From Erysipelothrix inopinata (GTDB lineage Bacteria; Bacillota_I; Bacilli_A; Erysipelotrichales; Erysipelotrichaceae), in NCBI RefSeq assembly GCF_014396165.1, contig NZ_CP060715.1, positions 1,530,001 to 1,562,000 on the forward strand: a DNA stretch of 32,000 nt, in the 5' to 3' direction. The position numbers and the translations under genes were made by a program. Position 1 is the first letter of the stretch. Each line of letters begins with the position of its first letter. This document shows, piece by piece, positions 7,072 through 16,357 of this stretch. The notes below the pieces were generated by a model. The model did not search any database. It was not told the DNA's origin and saw only the letters and a list, made by a program, of their open reading frames with translations.

Positions 7072-8166
7072 ATGGAATATGTTTATTTTACTTCAGAAAG
7101 TGTGACGGATGGTCATCCTGATAAGATTTGCGATCAAATTGCGGATGCAATATTGGATGCAGCTTTAAGTCAAGATGTGAATTCGAAGATGGCGGTAGAA
7201 GCTACCATTAAAGATGATTTTATTTTAATTTATGGGGAAGCAAATACTCAGGCAAAAATTGATTATGAAAAAATTGCGAAAGATGTTCTTGCTGATATTG
7301 GTTATACTGAAACGTATTCAGTTTTAACTAAAGTTAACAAACAATCTTCACAAATTAATGCAGCGGTTGTTGATACAGAGAATGTGGGTGCTGGAGATCA
7401 AGGAATTATGTTTGGTTATGCATGTAACGAAACAGAAAACCTGATGCCATTAACCATTGACTTAGCACATAAGCTATCTCAAAAACTAAGTGAAACAAAA
7501 GATGATGTTTCATGGTTAAAACCAGATGGTAAAACTCAAGTAACAGTTGCTTACAAAGGTAACGAACCGCAATTTGTACACACAGTCGTTGTGAGTGCAT
7601 CACATGAAGCAGGTATCTCTCACGAAGAAATCTGTGACACAATTATGAATCAAGTAATTTTACCAACCATTGATTCAAAATGGATTACTGATGAAACGCG
7701 TTTTATTATCAACCCAAGTGGTGAATTTAGTATTGCAGGTCCTTTCAGTGACTCGGGTACAACAGGTAGAAAAATCGTTGTCGACAGTTATGGTGGATGG
7801 GGTCGTATTGGAGGCGGATGCTTTAGTTCGAAAGACCCTTCTAAAGTTGACCGCTCTGCAGCCTACTATTTAAGATATGTTGCGAAATCAGTAGTAGCTA
7901 GTGGACTTTGTGATCGTATGGAAGTTCAACTAAGTTATGCAATCGGAATGAGTGATCCTTTATCAATTCATATCGATACTTTCGGAACAAATCACAGAGA
8001 TGAAGCAGAAATTCTTGAAATCATTAATAACAACTTCAATTTCAAAGTTGGAAATATTATTGAGGAATTGGATCTGTTAAAACCAATTTATCGTCAAACA
8101 GCAAACTTTGGACACTTTGGTCGTGAAGAGTTCTCATGGGAGTTTGTCAAAGAACTTAAATACTAA
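7072..8166 (+). CDS. metK: S-adenosylmethionine synthetase
   Basis: MEYVYFTSESVTDGHPDKICDQIADAILDA, GAGDQGIMFGYA and GGGCFSSKDPSKVDRSAAY are present. The track ORF start at 6973 reads through the riboswitch and is rejected. Confidence 0.95.
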   Translation: MEYVYFTSESVTDGHPDKICDQIADAILDAALSQDVNSKMAVEATIKDDFILIYGEANTQAKIDYEKIAKDVLADIGYTETYSVLTKVNKQSSQINAAVVDTENVGAGDQGIMFGYACNETENLMPLTIDLAHKLSQKLSETKDDVSWLKPDGKTQVTVAYKGNEPQFVHTVVVSASHEAGISHEEICDTIMNQVILPTIDSKWITDETRFIINPSGEFSIAGPFSDSGTTGRKIVVDSYGGWGRIGGGCFSSKDPSKVDRSAAYYLRYVAKSVVASGLCDRMEVQLSYAIGMSDPLSIHIDTFGTNHRDEAEILEIINNNFNFKVGNIIEELDLLKPIYRQTANFGHFGREEFSWEFVKELKY

Positions 8167-8174
8167 AATAAATA

Positions 8175-8205
8175 ACCCTCTACGGATTGTGAATCTGTAG
8201 AGGGT
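8175..8205. terminator. Bidirectional terminator between metK and tmcAL
   Basis: ACCCTCTAC (8175-8183) pairs with GTAGAGGGT (8197-8205). A T-rich run lies downstream and an A-rich run upstream. Confidence 0.8.
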
Positions 8206-9282
8206 TTATTTGTTAGGGACACGTATAATTGCTGATTTTTCCATATTAAGTTGTTCTTTTTGGTATGCATCAGAGTAAGGCAGTGAATAGATTGATGTTG
8301 CTCGATACTCGATATCTTTGAATTGATAATCTTTGAAGTGGGTTGTGTAAGAGACATCTTGTTTTCTTAAATAGCGAAGATGTTGCTGTCCGGCTTCGCG
8401 CATCCCAAGAACACGAAATTGCTGAATCTCTGGAATGTCTTTGGATTGATTTAACAAGATATTGATGAGGGTTCTTTGAATTCGAGACCGTGTATAGCGC
8501 TTTGAGGTACAGGATTCAATTAAAGCTTCAAGATTGAGGTGCGCATTGGATATAAGTAGATTTTGAATGCCCTCGCTGACAAGAGAGATGTTTTCTAAGT
8601 CCTTGGGATTCGAAGCAAGAAGCGAATACTTAATCAATGTTTCATAGTCGTTTAGGTGATGGGTCTGGTTGTTTAGAAGGTCAATGGGAGTATAACCACT
8701 TGTATCATTACCGAGGTTAAATTGGTGTCGGATGGCTGTTGCGCTAGCAATTGATTCATCCAGTTCAAGACTATGATAAGAATTGGTTCTTTTGATGGCG
8801 ATAGGAGTAATGTTATGTTTTTGACAGGCCTTAATATAGTACTTACCGAGGATGTCGTTAGGCCCTTGTTGGTGAGAACTCATAGCTTTAGCATAACTTA
8901 AACCTGCTTCAAGTTTTTGGTGGTCTATATCTCTTTCCGGTTCGTTTGCTATGATTCCTGTTTCGGATCCATAGACCAACGTATCAATCTGTGCCATCGC
9001 AAGAATATTTACAGCTTGTGTTGCAAAGGTTTCGGCACTTTGGATGGTATAGGGAGTAGGGAGTTCAAGGACAAGGTCAACACCCCATTCAAGTGCGTAT
9101 TGGGTCCGTGTCCATTTGTTGATGAATGCCGGTTCGCCACGTTGGACAAAATTCGGTGACATGACCGCAATTAAGACATCACATTGGGTAATTGAACGTG
9201 CTTGTTCAATGTGATAAATATGACCATTATGTAGTGGGTTGTATTCAACAACAATCCCAGTTATTTTCTGTTTATTTTCCAT
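8206..9282 (-). CDS. tmcAL: tRNA(Met) cytidine acetate ligase TmcAL (YlbM/UPF0348 nucleotidyltransferase)
   Basis: The N-terminal GIVVEYNPLHNGHIYHI (HxGH nucleotidyltransferase motif), the length and the overall pattern fit the YlbM family. Confidence 0.75.
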   Translation of the reverse strand: MENKQKITGIVVEYNPLHNGHIYHIEQARSITQCDVLIAVMSPNFVQRGEPAFINKWTRTQYALEWGVDLVLELPTPYTIQSAETFATQAVNILAMAQIDTLVYGSETGIIANEPERDIDHQKLEAGLSYAKAMSSHQQGPNDILGKYYIKACQKHNITPIAIKRTNSYHSLELDESIASATAIRHQFNLGNDTSGYTPIDLLNNQTHHLNDYETLIKYSLLASNPKDLENISLVSEGIQNLLISNAHLNLEALIESCTSKRYTRSRIQRTLINILLNQSKDIPEIQQFRVLGMREAGQQHLRYLRKQDVSYTTHFKDYQFKDIEYRATSIYSLPYSDAYQKEQLNMEKSAIIRVPNK

Positions 9283-9382
9283 ATTTGTATTTTATCACAC
9301 AATCATGAAAAAAGTGTAATAACGGAAGAAAATGTTTCATAACCATGTTACAATAGTACTATATAAATATGAGGTAGTATGA

Positions 9383-10021
9383 ATGAGATTACGTAAAAAA
9401 GACTGGAGTTCACAAGTGTTTGAAGACGCGAGTGACTACACTGTAGAAAATTTTGAAACAATTAAAGGAAATTGGAAAAAAGAAATTGGCAATTCGATGT
9501 TGCATTTAGAAATAGGTGCTGGAAAAGGAGACTACTGGCATCAACTATCTGAGCTCTTTGATGATCGTTGCATTGTTGCAATGGAACGTGATTATACTGC
9601 GAGTTCAATAGCACTTAAGAAGTTATTAGAGAATCCACGATCAAACCAAAGATTCATTTATGGTGATGCGGAAAAACTTAGCGAAATGTTTGCACCGGGT
9701 GAAGTTGATGTAGTTCATCTTAACTTCTCAGATCCATGGCCTAAATCCCGTCATGAAAAACGTCGTTTAACCTATAAAGATAAACTTGATGAATATTTTG
9801 AAATTCTAACTGAAGATGGAGAAATTTGGATGAAGACTGATAATGTCGGGTTATTCAATTACTCATTGGTTAGTGTTGGATCACACAAGTTTGAATTAGT
9901 AGAAGCAGATGTTGACTTTAGATCTCATGAACATGAAGATCCGTTTACTGAATATGAAAGAAAGTTCCATGAAAAGGGACAACCAATCTTTAGAGCAATT
10001 TGGAGGAAGAAAAAATGTTAA
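9383..10021 (+). CDS. trmB: tRNA (guanine-46 N7)-methyltransferase
   Basis: LEIGAGKGDY (SAM-binding), NFSDPWPKSRHEKRRL and YERKF motifs are present. Confidence 0.9.
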   Translation: MRLRKKDWSSQVFEDASDYTVENFETIKGNWKKEIGNSMLHLEIGAGKGDYWHQLSELFDDRCIVAMERDYTASSIALKKLLENPRSNQRFIYGDAEKLSEMFAPGEVDVVHLNFSDPWPKSRHEKRRLTYKDKLDEYFEILTEDGEIWMKTDNVGLFNYSLVSVGSHKFELVEADVDFRSHEHEDPFTEYERKFHEKGQPIFRAIWRKKKC

Positions 10022-11088
10022 ATAAACAACAATTAGAATGGTTTGAAACCATAACACAACTTGATGGTGTGAGTGGTCATGAACATGAAGTTGCAAAGTA
10101 TCTCAAACAGGAATATTTAAAGTTTAATATTGACGAAGTAATCCAAGATAATCTCGGTAGCATTCTTGCCGTGAAAAAATCTAAGAAACCAAACGCTCCT
10201 AAAGTTCTTGTATTGGGACATATGGATGAAGTCGGGTTTCTTGTTCGTGAAGTAACTGAAACGGGAGTTTTAAAAATACATCCAGTGGGTGGTTGGTTTT
10301 CACAAACATTATTAGCACACCGTGTTCGTGTCACAACACGTCACCAACAACAATACCCTGGAACAATCGGTAGTATTCCACCACACATGCTTTCTCCTGA
10401 AGAACGTATGAAACCTATGGATATTCCACAAATGCTTGTTGATGTTGGAGCACGCAATAAAGATGAAGTAAAGACAATGGGTATCCAAGTAGGAGATATG
10501 ATTGTACTTCAAGGTGAATTTGAAGTTCTAAACAATGGGGAACGTTTATTATCAAAGGCATTCGATAACCGTTACGGTTGTGTTATGGGACTGGACTTGT
10601 TAAGTGAACTTCATGACCAAGAACTTGATTTCGACCTTTATGTTGGAGCAAGTGTTCAAGAAGAAGTAGGACTAAGAGGTGCTCAAACCGTTTCGAACCT
10701 AGTGAAACCTGATCTTGCAATTGTTCTTGATTGTTCTCCAGCTAATGATGCGTTAGATTCAAAAGCGTTAGGAAAACTGGGTGCTGGTGTTCTTGTTCGG
10801 GTTATGGATGGAAACATGATTGCAACCAAAGATTTAATTTATAAATTTGTCGATGTATGTAAAGAAAATGATATTGACCATCAATACTACTTCTCACCAG
10901 GAGGTACTGATGCAGGAGCAGTTCATAAATCTGGTGAAGGTGTTAAGACTTTAACATGTTGCCTCTGCGCTCGTAATATTCATACATCAAGCAGCATTTT
11001 GGATACACATGATTATCTCAGTGCAAAAGAAGCCTTGGTCAAATTTATCGACATAAAGATATGGGGTGATGTTCTTGCGAAAGATTAG
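10015..11088 (+). CDS. M42-family metallopeptidase (glutamyl aminopeptidase / YtoP-YsdC like)
   Basis: VSGHEHEV, GHMDEVGF, AFDNRYGC, VQEEVGLRGA and GGTDAG motifs are present. ATG 10015 lies 8 nt after GGAGG, with a 7-nt overlap with trmB. Confidence 0.85.
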   Translation: MLNKQQLEWFETITQLDGVSGHEHEVAKYLKQEYLKFNIDEVIQDNLGSILAVKKSKKPNAPKVLVLGHMDEVGFLVREVTETGVLKIHPVGGWFSQTLLAHRVRVTTRHQQQYPGTIGSIPPHMLSPEERMKPMDIPQMLVDVGARNKDEVKTMGIQVGDMIVLQGEFEVLNNGERLLSKAFDNRYGCVMGLDLLSELHDQELDFDLYVGASVQEEVGLRGAQTVSNLVKPDLAIVLDCSPANDALDSKALGKLGAGVLVRVMDGNMIATKDLIYKFVDVCKENDIDHQYYFSPGGTDAGAVHKSGEGVKTLTCCLCARNIHTSSSILDTHDYLSAKEALVKFIDIKIWGDVLAKD

Positions 11089-11788
11089 TCTTGTAATTCT
11101 CGCGAGTTTCTTATTAACAGGATGTGCTGGTAAACAAATGAGCTATGACCAGATGATTCAAAAATCACTCTCACGTCCTTTGCCGCCAAGCAACAATAAA
11201 AGTAAACAGTACATTAAGTACTATACGTTACCTGATGTAGGTATTAAGGAATCAAATCAACTTTCTACGCTTTACGAAGTTAGTGGTAACAAAGTTATGT
11301 TAAGCATTGATGTTCCGAAAATTATTCAACGTAAATACTACAAAGATAGTGAAACGGAAACAGGCTACAATAAAGATGACGTACTGTACTCATATTCAGG
11401 TACTTATCTTGATAACCAAGATAAAGAACAAAAATTTAATATTCTAATTTATGAAGTTGGTTCTAAGAAGGGGATTATCATGGAAAACAATAGCGTAAAC
11501 TTAATTGGGATCGTCAATGATTCTGATATGTTATACGTCATGGAGTCCATGCTTACAACATTAAGAAGTTCTACAGTCAATGAAGAAAAAATTGCTGCGG
11601 AATATTCTAATAAAGAAATTATTCAGTACAAAGCAACTCATGAAAATTTCTTTGAACAAGCAGTTCCGGAATCCGGGTCAATGATTGATATGTATAATCA
11701 ATTGCATCCCGATGATCCAATTAAAATTGATGGGAACTCCGATACAAAAGAAAATGCATCGGAAGATACTAATAATGATAAGGAGTAA
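11069..11788 (+). CDS. Lipoprotein, unknown function
   Basis: The signal peptide has a lipobox (LLTGC). The exact start (GTG 11066, ATG 11069 or TTG 11075) is uncertain. Confidence 0.6.
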   Translation: MFLRKISLVILASFLLTGCAGKQMSYDQMIQKSLSRPLPPSNNKSKQYIKYYTLPDVGIKESNQLSTLYEVSGNKVMLSIDVPKIIQRKYYKDSETETGYNKDDVLYSYSGTYLDNQDKEQKFNILIYEVGSKKGIIMENNSVNLIGIVNDSDMLYVMESMLTTLRSSTVNEEKIAAEYSNKEIIQYKATHENFFEQAVPESGSMIDMYNQLHPDDPIKIDGNSDTKENASEDTNNDKE

Positions 11789-11793
11789 ATAGA

Positions 11794-12426
11794 ATGTTTA
11801 AAAAAATCGCATCACTTCTATTTAAGGAAGAAGAAATAATTATTGAAGAGGAAATTGAGGATAAAGAGGATGATCTCAATATCCCACAACTTAAGCCTCT
11901 TACACCTAAGAAACCTGTAACAGATAACTTACAAACGGGAAATGTTTCAGAACCGGTAAGAACTTATACACCCAAACCTGTTCAAGAAATTGAAAAGGTA
12001 GAAATTAATATCGATCCTGAAGAATCTGCAAAACCTCGTAAGACAGTAATGATTACAGCTGACGATAATCTTGCACTCGAATCACAACCTAAGAATTCTA
12101 AAGAAAAAGATTCCAAAAACAAATTTGAACGCCGTCAGTCTACATATCAACCTAAAGATATTATTAGTCCAATCTACGGAGGACCAACCAGTTCTACAGA
12201 ACCTTTGAAGTCTTCGGTAAGTACGGAAGCTAAAAAGAAAAAACCAGTGACTTCAGTGATTAGCCCTATGTATGGTGCTGTTCAGATTGAAGATGAAACG
12301 GTTGAAATTGATGAGTCACTCTTGAATCTTGATGTTTCAGAAATGATTTCTGAAGAAAGAAATCAAGAAGAAGTACAGGTTTCATTATATGACTACTTGG
12401 AAGGATTCGAAAATGAAGAAGAATGA
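11794..12426 (+). CDS. Acidic, low-complexity hypothetical protein with N-terminal amphipathic segment and duplicated ISP(I/M)YG motif
   Basis: AAGGAG RBS is present. The N-terminus is MFKKIASLLFKEEE. IISPIYGG is encoded at nt 12160-12183 and VISPMYGA at nt 12256-12279. The last 14 nt overlap the start of murC. Confidence 0.55.
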   Translation: MFKKIASLLFKEEEIIIEEEIEDKEDDLNIPQLKPLTPKKPVTDNLQTGNVSEPVRTYTPKPVQEIEKVEINIDPEESAKPRKTVMITADDNLALESQPKNSKEKDSKNKFERRQSTYQPKDIISPIYGGPTSSTEPLKSSVSTEAKKKKPVTSVISPMYGAVQIEDETVEIDESLLNLDVSEMISEERNQEEVQVSLYDYLEGFENEEE

Positions 12427-13735
12427 GACAGTATATTTTATAGGAATTAAAGGAACTGGAATGGCTTCGATGGCACGTATATGCCATCAACTTGGTTATG
12501 ATGTTCTGGGATCTGATATTGACCGACACTTCTTTACTGAGGATGCACTCAGAGAAATCAACATTCCAATCCTAAGTTTTAACAAAGATAATATCAAAGA
12601 TGGGATGACTGTTATTATTGGGAATGCATTTGGAGATGACCATGAGGAAGTTGTGGCAGCTCATGAAAACCCAACGGTCGAAACATACCGTTATCATGAA
12701 TATCTTGGAAAACTGATGGAAGGGTACCGATCTATTGCAGTCAGCGGATCACATGGAAAAACGACAACAACGACACTTTTAAGAGATATGCTAAGTGAAT
12801 CGAAAGATGTTGGATATCTTATTGGAGATGGCCGTGGTGAGTTAATCCCAAATGATGAATATTTTGCAGTTGAAGCGTGCGAATTTAGACGCCACTTCTT
12901 AGCATATAAGCCTAAAGTGGCAATTATGACAAACTTTGAAATTGATCATGTTGATTATTTTAAAGATGTTAGAGATTACCTTTCTGCATATGAAGCCTTT
13001 GCAGATAATGTTGAAGAATTGCTTGTAATTTGGGGAGATGACCCACATTATAAAGAACTCAATCTTAATCATAAGATTTGGACTTATGGTTTTAACGAAG
13101 GTAATAATTTCATTGCAACGAATATGGAAAAACTTACCGATAGTACTCGTTTTGATGTGATTCAAGACGGTGTGAATATCGGCCGATTTGATTTACCAAT
13201 TGTTGGTGATCATATGGTGTTGGATGCCTTATCCGTTATTGCTGTTGGTGTTTATGAAAACATCGATGTTGCAATGATTGAAAAAGGACTTCAAAGTTTT
13301 AAAGGTGCGAAACGCCGTTATGTTGTCGACGAAGATGCGACAAATGTTTACATTGATGACTATGCGCACCACCCAACAGAAGTTCGCGTTACGCTAGAAG
13401 CAACACGTACACGTTACCCTGATCGTAAGATTGTCGCTATTTTTAAACCACACCGTGTTGGACGGGTTCATTATTTTGTAGACGAGTTTGCATCAGCACT
13501 TTCGATTGCGGATGAAGTATATCTTTGCCCGTTTACAAGTATTGACGATCAAGAAGAAGGAATTGATATCGATATTACCTACTTACAAGATCGTATTCCA
13601 AATAGTAAAATTGTTGAGCTAAATGATCATGATTTAGATTTACTTGCATCTCATGCACCAGCAGTCTATGTCTTTATGAGCTCAAAAGATATATATGATC
13701 TTAAGGATGCATTGAAAATGCGTTTCAATTCTTGA
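12413..13735 (+). CDS. murC: UDP-N-acetylmuramate--L-alanine ligase
   Basis: YFIGIKGTGMASMA, SGSHGKTTTT, DDYAHHPTE are present. The start is at 12413 (MKKNETVYF) with GGAAGGA upstream. Confidence 0.92.
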   Translation: MKKNETVYFIGIKGTGMASMARICHQLGYDVLGSDIDRHFFTEDALREINIPILSFNKDNIKDGMTVIIGNAFGDDHEEVVAAHENPTVETYRYHEYLGKLMEGYRSIAVSGSHGKTTTTTLLRDMLSESKDVGYLIGDGRGELIPNDEYFAVEACEFRRHFLAYKPKVAIMTNFEIDHVDYFKDVRDYLSAYEAFADNVEELLVIWGDDPHYKELNLNHKIWTYGFNEGNNFIATNMEKLTDSTRFDVIQDGVNIGRFDLPIVGDHMVLDALSVIAVGVYENIDVAMIEKGLQSFKGAKRRYVVDEDATNVYIDDYAHHPTEVRVTLEATRTRYPDRKIVAIFKPHRVGRVHYFVDEFASALSIADEVYLCPFTSIDDQEEGIDIDITYLQDRIPNSKIVELNDHDLDLLASHAPAVYVFMSSKDIYDLKDALKMRFNS

Positions 13736-13783
13736 AAACATTTTCAGATAGCGTTATAATTAATAGATAGAAGAGGTGAATTC

Positions 13784-14230
13784 ATGGATGCTTTGTTAAA
13801 TGAACTGAGTAAAACAGCGACAATTCTATTGCCCATTGCAGGTGTTGTCTGCTTAATTATTTTAGCAATGATTCTTTATCAAGTGTTAAAGGTGGTAAAA
13901 AACTTACCAACTACGATTGAAAAGGTGGATCAAGTGTTAGATTCAACACAATCATCTGTTGATCAACTTCAAGAACCACTAAGTACAATCACAAATGTCT
14001 CCCGCACTGTAGATATGGTGAATGATTCCGCAGTTGGTGCAGTAAGCACTGTCGCATCATTTGCTATGAAACACTCAGATGCAGTTGTAAATTGGTTTGC
14101 GGACACGGTTGATAAAAAACAATCAGCGCGCGCAAAACGTAAAAATGGTAATGAAGATGTCGAGATGGATGTCGATGTCGAAATGGAAACAAAAACAGAG
14201 AAAGAGGAGGATTTTGGAATTTATGAGTAA
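13784..14230 (+). CDS. DUF948-family membrane-anchored protein (YtxG-like)
   Basis: It has one N-terminal TM segment followed by a coiled/acidic region. Its position directly after murC matches B. subtilis murC-ytxG-ytxH. Confidence 0.55.
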   Translation: MDALLNELSKTATILLPIAGVVCLIILAMILYQVLKVVKNLPTTIEKVDQVLDSTQSSVDQLQEPLSTITNVSRTVDMVNDSAVGAVSTVASFAMKHSDAVVNWFADTVDKKQSARAKRKNGNEDVEMDVDVEMETKTEKEEDFGIYE

Positions 14231-15161
14231 ATATGATGATGTATTAAACGAGTTAGTATACCAAATTGATGATATCGTGTACGAGTTTTATAATAAAAGT
14301 AACGAAATTATTGCTCGTAAGTCTGATCAAGACCGTTTACTAACATTTAGAGATAAGACTCTCGCAACGATAAATGATATGAACGTACGTTCTTTAGAAA
14401 TTATCTCAGATTTTAAAAATAAAGAACTTGTTGAAGCACGTGCAGAACAACTCTTGAAAAAGAACCGCCAAATCGTTTCTTCAAGTTTAGATATTATTAA
14501 TTCTGCATCAGATAAAAGCGAATTCTTAGAAGATGTTACTTCATTTGCTACAGGTGTTTATGAATCAGCTAAAGAAGCTGTTTCTAAAGTTGAAGGATTT
14601 GCATCATTTGAACGTTTGAAGGAAAAAACTTCAGATGGATTCAAACGTGCAACAGATGGGTTAGATGAGTTTATGAACCACCCAAATGTTACTCGTGGTA
14701 CAGAAACTGTTAAAGAAAAAACAAAAGATGCTCTTGACGCAGGAGGACGCCTTGTAAAAGAAGGATCTGATCGTCTTGCAAAATGGCTCGATAAACAAGA
14801 TGCTAAGAAAAAAGATTTTGAAACAGAAGTTCATGATACTGGAGAACAAGTCCGTGATGATGCGGTTAAATTCATTAATATCACAGTTGATGACGTTGAA
14901 GATGCTGCAGAAGATATTGAGGAAGAATCCTTGACTCTGCTTAATAAAAGTAATGAGTATATCAAAGAAAAACTAGAAAAAGTACAAGATTTCTTTGAAT
15001 CCGATAAAGATGTAGAAGTCGTTGACAAAGCATTAGACCATGTTAACGAAGTTGGCGATAAGGCCGAAGATATTGTTGAAAATATCAAGGACGAGGCAGA
15101 AGACAAAGTGGAAGATATAAAATCAACACTTGAAGAAGAAGTTAAAGAAGAGGACAATTAA
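14223..15161 (+). CDS. YtxH-like coiled, highly acidic general-stress-type protein
   Basis: The start is at ATG 14223 (MSKYDDVLNEL), overlapping the stop of the previous gene. It is rich in long helical repeats (K/E/D). The assignment is mainly by synteny. Confidence 0.5.
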   Translation: MSKYDDVLNELVYQIDDIVYEFYNKSNEIIARKSDQDRLLTFRDKTLATINDMNVRSLEIISDFKNKELVEARAEQLLKKNRQIVSSSLDIINSASDKSEFLEDVTSFATGVYESAKEAVSKVEGFASFERLKEKTSDGFKRATDGLDEFMNHPNVTRGTETVKEKTKDALDAGGRLVKEGSDRLAKWLDKQDAKKKDFETEVHDTGEQVRDDAVKFINITVDDVEDAAEDIEEESLTLLNKSNEYIKEKLEKVQDFFESDKDVEVVDKALDHVNEVGDKAEDIVENIKDEAEDKVEDIKSTLEEEVKEEDN

Positions 15162-15164
15162 TTG

Positions 15165-16157
15165 ATGAAAAGAGTAACTATTTATGATGTTGCTAAGGAA
15201 GCAGGCGTATCACTGGCGACAGTGTCACGTGTTATTAACGGACTAGAAATCGTTCGTGAGGAAACACGTGTTAAAGTCGAAGATGCGATTGATAAATTAG
15301 GATACAAACCCAATGCAGTAGCACAAGGACTTGCACTACAAAAAACAACGACGATTGCTCTTTTAGTACCTGAAGCAAGCTTCGGCTATACAGGTCAAAT
15401 TATCAATGGTCTCATTGATGTTGCGAAAATTTATAAATATAATATTATGCTTCATACAATGACAGAAGGTATTGTTGATATTAAAGATGTTATTGACGAT
15501 GTTATTAAATCACGCGTTGATGGTGTTATTATTTATAACGACAAACTGATGGATCAAGAATTGATTGAACTTAATAAATACCAATTCCCAATTGTTGTTA
15601 TTGGAAACAGAATGTCAAACCAACAAATTTCTTCAGTTTTTGTTGATATTGAAAAAGCAGTTTATGAACTAACACTTCAAAAACTACAACAAGACAAGAA
15701 ATATCGTGTTGCGGTAATCCAAGACCGTAAAAATGATTTCACGACTGCACAAATGAGAAGTGGAATCCAACAAGCTTATAAAGAAATGGGAATTGAAGAT
15801 GAAGGATATATCGAAATTCCTCAAGAATACCGTCGTTCATATGACTACTTCCTTGATAATATCGAGAATTTAGACTACAACTTCTTAATTGCTAACCGTG
15901 ATTCACAAGCAATCTCAGCAATGAATGCTGCACACGAACGCGGACTTTCAATTCCAGATGATTTAGAACTCGTATGTTTAATTGATTCTAAGTATAATTC
16001 TATGGTTCGTCCTCGTCTATCAAGCTTCGCAATTCCATCTTATGATCTTGGTGCAGTAGCGATGCGTGTACTTACAAAAATGTTAAATGAAGATGAGGTT
16101 GAAGATAAAGAAATTGAACTTAGTTACCTCTATACACCACGTCAATCAACAAAATAA
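15165..16157 (+). CDS. ccpA: LacI-family regulator, most likely catabolite control protein A
   Basis: The HTH is TIYDVAKEAGVSLATVSRVING, and YKPNAVAQGLALQKTTTIALLVPE and KYNIML blocks are close to CcpA as I recall it. The murC-ytxGH-ccpA synteny agrees, and a perfect cre lies 1.3 kb downstream. Confidence 0.7.
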   Translation: MKRVTIYDVAKEAGVSLATVSRVINGLEIVREETRVKVEDAIDKLGYKPNAVAQGLALQKTTTIALLVPEASFGYTGQIINGLIDVAKIYKYNIMLHTMTEGIVDIKDVIDDVIKSRVDGVIIYNDKLMDQELIELNKYQFPIVVIGNRMSNQQISSVFVDIEKAVYELTLQKLQQDKKYRVAVIQDRKNDFTTAQMRSGIQQAYKEMGIEDEGYIEIPQEYRRSYDYFLDNIENLDYNFLIANRDSQAISAMNAAHERGLSIPDDLELVCLIDSKYNSMVRPRLSSFAIPSYDLGAVAMRVLTKMLNEDEVEDKEIELSYLYTPRQSTK

Positions 16158-16196
16158 AAAATAGTAAAAAATTATTTTACTTAAAGGGTGAATTTG

Positions 16197-16225
16197 TTGA
16201 CTTTATCTTTCATACAGTGTAATAT
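16197..16225 (+). promoter_or_regulatory. Near-consensus sigma-A promoter (TTGACT - 17 nt - TAATAT)
   Basis: The -35 box is at 16197-16202 and the -10 box at 16220-16225, with TG immediately upstream of the -10. Confidence 0.65.
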
Positions 16226-16230
16226 TAGAC

Positions 16231-16338
16231 ATGGTCAGAGATGGCCTGTTGGTCATCAAATAGTCTTTACCCCCCCACCCAAGATATTTGATGATACAAC
16301 AACTTCATTGAAAGGCGCGGATAGCGTCTTTTTCTTTT
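16231..16338 (+). ncRNA. Unclassified structured RNA (leader or sRNA) with a C-rich apical loop and its own terminator
   Basis: A perfect 10-bp stem pairs 16253-16262 with 16285-16294, plus 4 more bp past a bulged G. The loop is UACCCCCCCACCC (16268-16280). The terminator stem GGCGC/GCGTC with a U-tract lies at 16311-16338. Confidence 0.5.
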
Positions 16339-16357
16339 ATAGAAAGGGTTTTATCGT

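Noticed and set aside
14097-14222. Upstream extension of the YtxH-like ORF overlapping the DUF948 gene by 134 nt
   Set aside because: The extension lies inside the better-supported DUF948 frame and encodes a basic, low-complexity peptide. ATG 14223 follows GGAGG and overlaps the upstream stop by only 8 nt.
14831-15157. 108-aa Ser-rich minus-strand ORF (and its neighbour at 14661-14849)
   Set aside because: It is the mirror image of the GAA/GAT/AAA-rich acidic YtxH-like gene: reverse complements of Glu/Asp codons give Ser/Phe/Ile. It has no independent signals.
16164-16180. GTAAAA-aatta-TTTTAC palindrome just after ccpA, considered as a terminator
   Set aside because: It is a 6-bp all-A/T-dominated stem with negligible predicted stability. 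I cannot support it as a terminator, and ccpA transcription may simply run into the next unit.
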